NCBI GenBank assembly: GCA_964620905.1
Contig: CAZUKA010000002.1
Coordinates: 191,112 to 255,111 of the forward strand
Length of the DNA stretch: 64,000 bases
Reading direction: 5' to 3'
Origin: an uncultured Gammaproteobacteria bacterium
Lineage (GTDB): Bacteria > Patescibacteriota > Patescibacteriia > S139-126
Both the position numbers and the translations under genes were made by a program. A model generated the notes under the pieces. The model was given only the letters and a program-made list of their open reading frames with translations, was not told where the DNA came from and did not search any database. Shown here one piece after another: positions 57,580 through 64,000 of this stretch. How positions within the stretch are numbered: the first letter of the stretch is position 1; the number at the start of each line of letters is the position of its first letter.

Positions 57580-59904
57580 ATGAAGAAGAGTTATTTAAAG
57601 ATTTTTATAGGATTTCTAAGTATTTTTGTTTTGGTTTTTGTTGGAATCGTGATTATAAAGAGTATAAATTCTTCTATAGTTTATAGAAAAATTGACTCAA
57701 TTGCTAGAAATGATGGCACAAGTTTATTTACCCTACATTCACCAGCAGTATATAATAATGCTTTAGAGATTGTACGTGATAACGTTCGATTATCTATAAA
57801 ACCTTTGCAAGCATTTGCCGGGGAAAGAAAAATTTTAAGTGATAAACAAAAAATATTAATTCAGTATATTGATACTTACCCGCAAGTTGATGTCTTACAA
57901 ACCGTAGGTGTTGATGATTTAAAAGAAGATTTATTATTAAAATCACCTGGTCATCCCTTAGTATTTAAGTATGAAATCAATGCAGATGATTTTTTATGGG
58001 AAATTGATATTAATGGCGATATATTATTTAAGAATAAAGCAAAAAACGATAGGTTTAGTATTGTAAAGCAAGAAAGTGGTTATATAACTGCTGAAAACAT
58101 TATTGATTATAATGATGGTCATCAGATTATGTTTAAAATCCCAGCTCCTTTTATGGTAGATGATAATGGAGTGAAATCAGACACAAGTGATGTAGTAGTG
58201 GAAATTGATAACAATAACCTAATTTTAAGAATCAACGAAGAGTGGTTAAAAAATCACAAATATCCAATTCGTTTAGATCCCACTGTACAGACACCAGAAA
58301 TTGAAAAAGAAAGTATAGAATTTGGTGACAAAAATTCACCAACTCTTGATCCCCAAGTAAAATTAGGCAGGTGGGGTAGCGAGACTTATGTGTCTTTATC
58401 TTATGAATTATCAGGTAAAGTAGATGTGAGTTTAGCCAATAACACTCTTAATTTTAGTAATAATGGACAAGTAGAGGTGGAAATCTATAATAAAGAGCCA
58501 GAGATAATAAATCAAGATTCAGATTCTCAGTATATTCTCAATAAAGATGGAGGAATAGAATTTGATTTGATTTTAAAAACTGTTCCCGCTACAAATATAT
58601 TCAATTATCAACTTGATACCGAGGGTTTAGTATTTTATTATCAACCAGAAATTTCTGATCAAGTAGCTCAAGAGGTTTTGAATAGATATGAAAAAATGAA
58701 AAAATCAGTAAAACCGGTAAACTATACTGATAATGAGTGGCAGACAAGACTTGCAGATTTTCCACAAAATTTAATTGAAGTAAAACGTCAGATGAGACCA
58801 GAAGATATAGTTGGGTCATACGCAGTTTATCATCAGGAAAAAAGTGGTGACTTTACGCAGTTAGGAGGAAAAAATTATCGCAGTGGTAAAGCTTTTCATA
58901 TCTATCGGCCAAAAGTATATGATGCAAGTGGAGATTGGATTTATGCAGATTTAAAAATAGATAATTTCCAGAAGATACTTTCAGTAACAGTCAATCAAAA
59001 CTGGTTGGAGAAAGCTACATATCCTGTTAGGATAGATCCTAACTTTGGGTACGAAACAGTAGGAAGAAGTAGCATAAATGCGTACTATATAGCTGGGGCA
59101 CCTTATAGTTCAGGTGGTTCAGGAACGGTTAGTTCAATTAGTGCATATATGAGTGCTAATGATAGTGCTGCCGCAGGTTTTGCTATCTATGATAGTGATA
59201 AATATTATGTTGGGTCCGCAGCTGTTGGTTCAGTTACCAGCGGTTGGAATAGTGCTTATCCGTCAGATGAACCAGATCCAAGTGTGGGCGATGCTACTTA
59301 TTGGTTATATTTATGGCAACTAGAAAATTCAAGAGATGAGTTTTTTTATGATACTGGTGGTTCTGATCATAATTTAGTATATAATACATATCCGCTTTTT
59401 AATAAAGGTGTGCCAAGTGAATGGCCAAGTAGATTAAGAAGTGAAGATTTTGAAACAAATTGCGCATTTATAGCTTGTTTTGAAGCATTTAAATTTTCTG
59501 TTTATGCTACATACGGTTCTCTTGTGCCAGAGATTATTTCGGTTACTGATAGTCCGGATCCAGTAAATGTTGGTAGCAATATTAATTTTGAAGTTAATTG
59601 GAATGCAGATGATAGTACGACTGGCGAAGCATATGTATGCACTACTAATAGTTTTAATTCATCTGCTCTGGAATGTAATGATAGTAGCTGGGGTTCAGGC
59701 AGTTCGGTATCAACACCAATTACAATAGGATATAATACGCAAAGTTATGATATTGGTATAAATGATTATTATGTATTTCTCTGTATTGGAGCTGATAATT
59801 GCACAAATAGTAAAAGTGGAGATTTTACAGTCCAACCTAAATCAACCTTAGATGTTGAAGGCATATATAATTTTCAAGGACAAGTGAATATTTCAGCTCA
59901 ATAG
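57580..59904 (+). CDS. Large secreted/surface protein
   Basis: N-terminal TM; two modules ending YPIRLDP / YPVRIDP; C-terminal Cys-containing Ig-like region. Confidence 0.7.
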   Translation: MKKSYLKIFIGFLSIFVLVFVGIVIIKSINSSIVYRKIDSIARNDGTSLFTLHSPAVYNNALEIVRDNVRLSIKPLQAFAGERKILSDKQKILIQYIDTYPQVDVLQTVGVDDLKEDLLLKSPGHPLVFKYEINADDFLWEIDINGDILFKNKAKNDRFSIVKQESGYITAENIIDYNDGHQIMFKIPAPFMVDDNGVKSDTSDVVVEIDNNNLILRINEEWLKNHKYPIRLDPTVQTPEIEKESIEFGDKNSPTLDPQVKLGRWGSETYVSLSYELSGKVDVSLANNTLNFSNNGQVEVEIYNKEPEIINQDSDSQYILNKDGGIEFDLILKTVPATNIFNYQLDTEGLVFYYQPEISDQVAQEVLNRYEKMKKSVKPVNYTDNEWQTRLADFPQNLIEVKRQMRPEDIVGSYAVYHQEKSGDFTQLGGKNYRSGKAFHIYRPKVYDASGDWIYADLKIDNFQKILSVTVNQNWLEKATYPVRIDPNFGYETVGRSSINAYYIAGAPYSSGGSGTVSSISAYMSANDSAAAGFAIYDSDKYYVGSAAVGSVTSGWNSAYPSDEPDPSVGDATYWLYLWQLENSRDEFFYDTGGSDHNLVYNTYPLFNKGVPSEWPSRLRSEDFETNCAFIACFEAFKFSVYATYGSLVPEIISVTDSPDPVNVGSNINFEVNWNADDSTTGEAYVCTTNSFNSSALECNDSSWGSGSSVSTPITIGYNTQSYDIGINDYYVFLCIGADNCTNSKSGDFTVQPKSTLDVEGIYNFQGQVNISAQ

Positions 59905-60159
59905 TATTATATATCATAAAAAATGGCTAATTTTAGCCATTTTTTTGTATCCTTGAACAAATAATTTATCCACAAGTAAAATATTTGGTTTTAAGGTGCA
60001 TTTTATGTTATAATTTAGATGAAGAATTGGTTTTTCAGATTTTTAGTGCATAGTCGATTAAATAAATAAATTTACAAAATTATTTTATTATAACCTGCCA
60101 AAATTAGGCAGGAAAAAATGTAAAAAAAATCAATCTCGACCCTCGAGATATTATAAAAA

Positions 60160-60633
60160 ATGAAAAATTCAAATAATAAAATTGTACCGGAAAGTAAGTA
60201 TATAACACTCAAACAAGCAGCTGAAATTTCGGGTTATTCGTCTGATTATATAGGTCAGCTTATCAGGCAGGGTAAAATAGACGGTAAACAGATTTATTTT
60301 AATGTTGCTTGGGTGACTACTGAAGAAGAAATTCATAAATATCTGGGTTTGAAAAACCAAGGCAAAAACCCCAGCTCCTGGCGTGGGGTTTATTTGCGTT
60401 TTAAACATCAAATCTCTGATTGGTTGTTTGGTTTCAGCCCAACTTTGATTGTAAAATCTTTTTTTTATTCTTTTGTTTTTTTGCTATTGGTAATTGGCTC
60501 TCTTCTATTTATTCTCAATATAAATAGTGATGAACAAATAAAATTGTCCTCGCCTGATATTCGGCGGGTAGTTGAATATGATCAAAACAACAAAAAAATT
60601 ATTCAAATAACAGATTTACCATATGTACCATAG
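60160..60633 (+). CDS. HTH (excisionase/MerR-like) domain plus TM protein
   Basis: YITLKQAAEISGYSSDYIGQLIRQGKI...W; TM near C-terminus. Confidence 0.75.
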   Translation: MKNSNNKIVPESKYITLKQAAEISGYSSDYIGQLIRQGKIDGKQIYFNVAWVTTEEEIHKYLGLKNQGKNPSSWRGVYLRFKHQISDWLFGFSPTLIVKSFFYSFVFLLLVIGSLLFILNINSDEQIKLSSPDIRRVVEYDQNNKKIIQITDLPYVP

Positions 60634-60692
60634 AAAATCAAAAATAATTTATTTTGAATTTTGATTTTTGAATTATACCTTTTATTTTCCCC

Positions 60693-63600
60693 ATGCCTGT
60701 CAAAACAAAAATCATGCCATTGGTAAAAAGTGTGTTTAAACGCGCGATTTTTGTATTATTAGGACTTATAATAATAAATTTTATTTATTTAGCGGGTAAA
60801 ATAGTTTATACCGCTTCAGCCCAAGGGGTACCGAATTTAATTTCTTATCAAGGTAGGTTGTATGATACTAGTGGAAATTTATTGGGTGGAGCAGGAACAA
60901 ATTATTATTTTAGATTTTCTATTTATGATGCCGCTAGTGGTGGCACAAAATTGTGGCCAGCTGGCACACCCTCCACGATGACTTATCAAGTCAGGTATGG
61001 TGTGTTCAATGCTCAAGTAGGTGATACTAATGCTGGCGGAGATGCTTTAACTTTGGATTTTAATGATGATACATATTTTTTACAGGTTGAGGTAGCATCA
61101 CTTGCAAATTTTTCTGATGGTGAAACTTTGTCGCCCCGGCAGCGCATCACGAGCGCGGGGTATGCGAAAAATGCTGATATGGTTGATGGGTATCATGCTT
61201 CCACAACACCAACAGCCAATCAGGTTGTTGCGCTTGATGGTTCGGGGAATTTGAGTTTTGGTACTTCCAATCCAGTGATTCAAGCAAGCAACGGTTTATC
61301 TTTGCAAACTACAGTAGCTGGAGATATCAATCTAACGCCCGCAGCTGGACAAGTAAAAATAGTCTCGGCTACCACTACTCAGCTGACAATTGGTTATGAT
61401 ACAAACAATCGGTTGGATGTGAAGGTTTCATCTGCAGGCGCAGTCACATTTGATGCGGTGGGTAGCGGGGCCGAACTGATTGCCAGTGATAATTTTACGG
61501 TGCAGGGACAAATTTTTGTATCAGGGACCGCTACCTCAACTATTGCTGGTGATGTAAATTTTGATGCTGGCACCTTATATGTTGATTCGGTTAATAACCG
61601 GGTAGGAATAGGTATTACTTCACCGGCACATACTTTATCCGTCAATGGAACAACCAATATTTCTGGCGCAGTTACTTTGCAGAGTACTTTGAATGTCACA
61701 GGTAATACTACCTTAGCCAATACTTCATCTACCAATCTTACTGTCACCAACAATTCTTACTTCAACACCATCACTGCTACCGGTCAGACTGTATTAGCTA
61801 ATGCCTCAACCACCAATCTCACTGTCAGTAGTGATGCTTATATTGGAACGGTAAGATCAGGTACTTGGAATGGTTCAATCATTTCTCCTACCTATGGTGG
61901 TCTAGGATTTAATGCTTCCAGTGTGCAAAAAGGAGGAATAATTGCTGGCACTGGTGCCGGCACATTTGGTATTTTGGCAGTTGGCAATAATGGTCTTTGT
62001 TTGATTGCTTCTTCCACTGCAGCAAATGGTGTTGCTTGGTCTGATTGTGCCACTGCTTCAGGTGCCATCACCAATTTAAACGGACTGTCAGTTTCCTCCC
62101 AAGATTTCGCTACTTCTACCAGTGGTGGTCTTGATTTGTTTATTACTTCAGTTGGTTCCACTCATACTTTTACTTTACAGCCAGCTAGTGGTTATAGTGT
62201 TCCACTTTCAGCATCGACTACCGAATGGGCAGGATTTTATGCTACTCCATCAACCAGAATTAGTGCTGGTACGGGTCTTAGTTGGAGCGGCAATACCTTG
62301 AATGCTGCAAATGCATTTACAGGAAGTGGGACTAATGGTTATGTTGCCAGATGGGCCTCATCTACCGGACTGACTACTGGTATATTAGTTGACAATGGTA
62401 CAGTAGCCGGAGTGAATGCGACTTCATCTGACTATACTTTCAATATTCAAGGTTCAAGTGGAGTAAACCCATTTAACGTTGCTTCATCTACTGGTGATTC
62501 GTTATTTAATATCAATCAGATTGGCATGGTAAGTATAATGGGTGATGTTGGCATTGGCACAACTACACCATACAATCCTGATGGTTGGAATAGAGTTTTG
62601 GATGTTTCTGGAGGTTATCATTCAAAAATTATAACTACTGTTCAAGATGGAAATATTCAAGGTGGGATATACTCACATCATCTTGGTTATTTTGGAGCAC
62701 CTACTGGAACTATGATGGGTACTTATACTGACCACCCGTTGTCACTAATTACAAATTCACTGGCCAGAATGATTATTAGTAATACTGGCAATGTCGGTAT
62801 CGGTACAACTACTCCGGCACAAACTCTGGCAGTAGCAGGTAGTTTCCGAGCAACTGGTGCATTTTTTGATAGCTCCAATGCTTCGGGTACAACTGGTATG
62901 CTGTTGCAGACTACTGGTACTGGTACCCAGTGGGTAACAACTTCATCACTCGGTATTGTGAGTGGGGTATCATCAGTGACTGCCGGTGACGGACTGGGAC
63001 AGGATTCAACTACTGGTAATCTTACTGTTTATGTTAAACCAGGCACGGGTATTACTACTTCATCAGATCAGATCAGTGTAGACACCAATGCACAACTTAC
63101 TTGGACTGGTACGCAAACTTTTGCCAATGTATCATCAACCAATCTGACAGTTGCCACTGACACTTATTTAAACACTCTTAGAACGAGCGGGGCGATTCTT
63201 GCTTCTTCTACGCTTGGTGTCAGTGGGGCAGTTATTTTGCATTCTACTTTGAATGTTCAAGGACAAACTAGCTTGGTCAGTGTTTCCAGTACAAATTTGA
63301 CAGTGAGCAGCAATACTTATCTTGCCAGTCTCAATGTATCTGGTGCAGCTAATTTTAATTCTACTCTTGATGTTCAAGGACAAACAACACTTGCCAACGC
63401 TTCCAGTACAAATTTAACCGTAACTTCCAATGCTTACTTCAACACCATCTCTGCCACCGGTCAGATTTCTTTAGCTAACACTTCATCAACCAACCTCACG
63501 GTTTCCAATAACTCATATTTCAATACCCTTACTGCTACCGGTCAAACCATTTTAGCTAACGCGTCCTCAACCAATTTTACTGTTTCAGGAAATTCTTATT

Positions 63601-64000
63601 TGGGTACAGTTATGCAAGGTACCTGGCAGGGCAGTGTTATTGCTCCGACTTATGGTGGTCTAGGATTTAATGCTTCCAGTGTTGCAACTGGTGGTCTGAT
63701 TACCGGTACTGGTGCCGGCACCTTTGGTATTTTGGCAGTTGGTAATAATGGTTTTTGTCTCACTGCTTCATCTACTGCGTCAAACGGAGTTGCTTGGTCT
63801 GATTGTGTTACCGCTTCCGGTGCCATCACTTCTTTAAATGGATTGACCGCTACTACTCAAACCTTTGCTACTTCTACTAGCGGTGGATTAGAACTAAATA
63901 TCACTTCTACCGGTTCGGTTCATACCTTTGCTCTGCAACCAGCCAGTGGTTATACCGTGCCACTTTCAGCATCAACTACCGAGTGGTCAAATTTTTATGT
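60693..64000 (+). CDS. Giant S/T/G-rich fibre/adhesin-like surface protein (runs off window, >1100 aa); not in ORF track
   Basis: Signal-like N-terminus; VPNLISYQGRL...ETLSPRQRITSAGYA; NVGIGTTTP and ASSTNLTV repeats; frame in register at 61611, 62781 and 63960. Confidence 0.88.
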   Translation, partial: MPVKTKIMPLVKSVFKRAIFVLLGLIIINFIYLAGKIVYTASAQGVPNLISYQGRLYDTSGNLLGGAGTNYYFRFSIYDAASGGTKLWPAGTPSTMTYQVRYGVFNAQVGDTNAGGDALTLDFNDDTYFLQVEVASLANFSDGETLSPRQRITSAGYAKNADMVDGYHASTTPTANQVVALDGSGNLSFGTSNPVIQASNGLSLQTTVAGDINLTPAAGQVKIVSATTTQLTIGYDTNNRLDVKVSSAGAVTFDAVGSGAELIASDNFTVQGQIFVSGTATSTIAGDVNFDAGTLYVDSVNNRVGIGITSPAHTLSVNGTTNISGAVTLQSTLNVTGNTTLANTSSTNLTVTNNSYFNTITATGQTVLANASTTNLTVSSDAYIGTVRSGTWNGSIISPTYGGLGFNASSVQKGGIIAGTGAGTFGILAVGNNGLCLIASSTAANGVAWSDCATASGAITNLNGLSVSSQDFATSTSGGLDLFITSVGSTHTFTLQPASGYSVPLSASTTEWAGFYATPSTRISAGTGLSWSGNTLNAANAFTGSGTNGYVARWASSTGLTTGILVDNGTVAGVNATSSDYTFNIQGSSGVNPFNVASSTGDSLFNINQIGMVSIMGDVGIGTTTPYNPDGWNRVLDVSGGYHSKIITTVQDGNIQGGIYSHHLGYFGAPTGTMMGTYTDHPLSLITNSLARMIISNTGNVGIGTTTPAQTLAVAGSFRATGAFFDSSNASGTTGMLLQTTGTGTQWVTTSSLGIVSGVSSVTAGDGLGQDSTTGNLTVYVKPGTGITTSSDQISVDTNAQLTWTGTQTFANVSSTNLTVATDTYLNTLRTSGAILASSTLGVSGAVILHSTLNVQGQTSLVSVSSTNLTVSSNTYLASLNVSGAANFNSTLDVQGQTTLANASSTNLTVTSNAYFNTISATGQISLANTSSTNLTVSNNSYFNTLTATGQTILANASSTNFTVSGNSYLGTVMQGTWQGSVIAPTYGGLGFNASSVATGGLITGTGAGTFGILAVGNNGFCLTASSTASNGVAWSDCVTASGAITSLNGLTATTQTFATSTSGGLELNITSTGSVHTFALQPASGYTVPLSASTTEWSNFY

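Noticed and set aside
121-63383. Antisense or overlapping ORFs in the track (e.g. 9799-10173, 11298-11648, 22023-22448, 45482-45964, 61394-61753)
   Set aside because: They are shadows of well-supported genes and have no recognisable motifs.

Overview
AT-rich chromosomal segment, most likely from a Patescibacteria/CPR (Parcubacteria-like) bacterium. Evidence: no L30 between rpsE and rplO, a short AspRS, standard code 11 with TGA stops, and a CPR-type giant fibre protein. Contents: the end of the S10/spc ribosomal operon through secY-adk-map; rplU, recR, ybaB, dnaB; ion and zinc transporters; asnS, aspS, ybaK; scpAB, tpiA, fba; six tRNAs and rpmG; murB, HU; a full Rrf2-sufCBDSU operon; a lexA/dinB locus; and secreted surface proteins, including a >1100-aa ORF missing from the ORF track. 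The most striking signal is at 19598-19875: a perfect promoter drives a leaderless 12-aa peptide (MVRQISNNNNNF), followed by mutually exclusive antiterminator/terminator pairings, directly upstream of a lone tRNA-Asn(GTT) gene. This looks like ribosome-mediated attenuation that feedback-controls a tRNA gene through its own codon. Other candidates: a stand-alone sRNA behind lexA, a 6S-like RNA behind tRNA-Trp, a second uORF-coupled switch before dinB, MITE-like heptamer-periodic repeats and several unannotated small proteins. All structures were paired by eye; no searches or folding programs were run.
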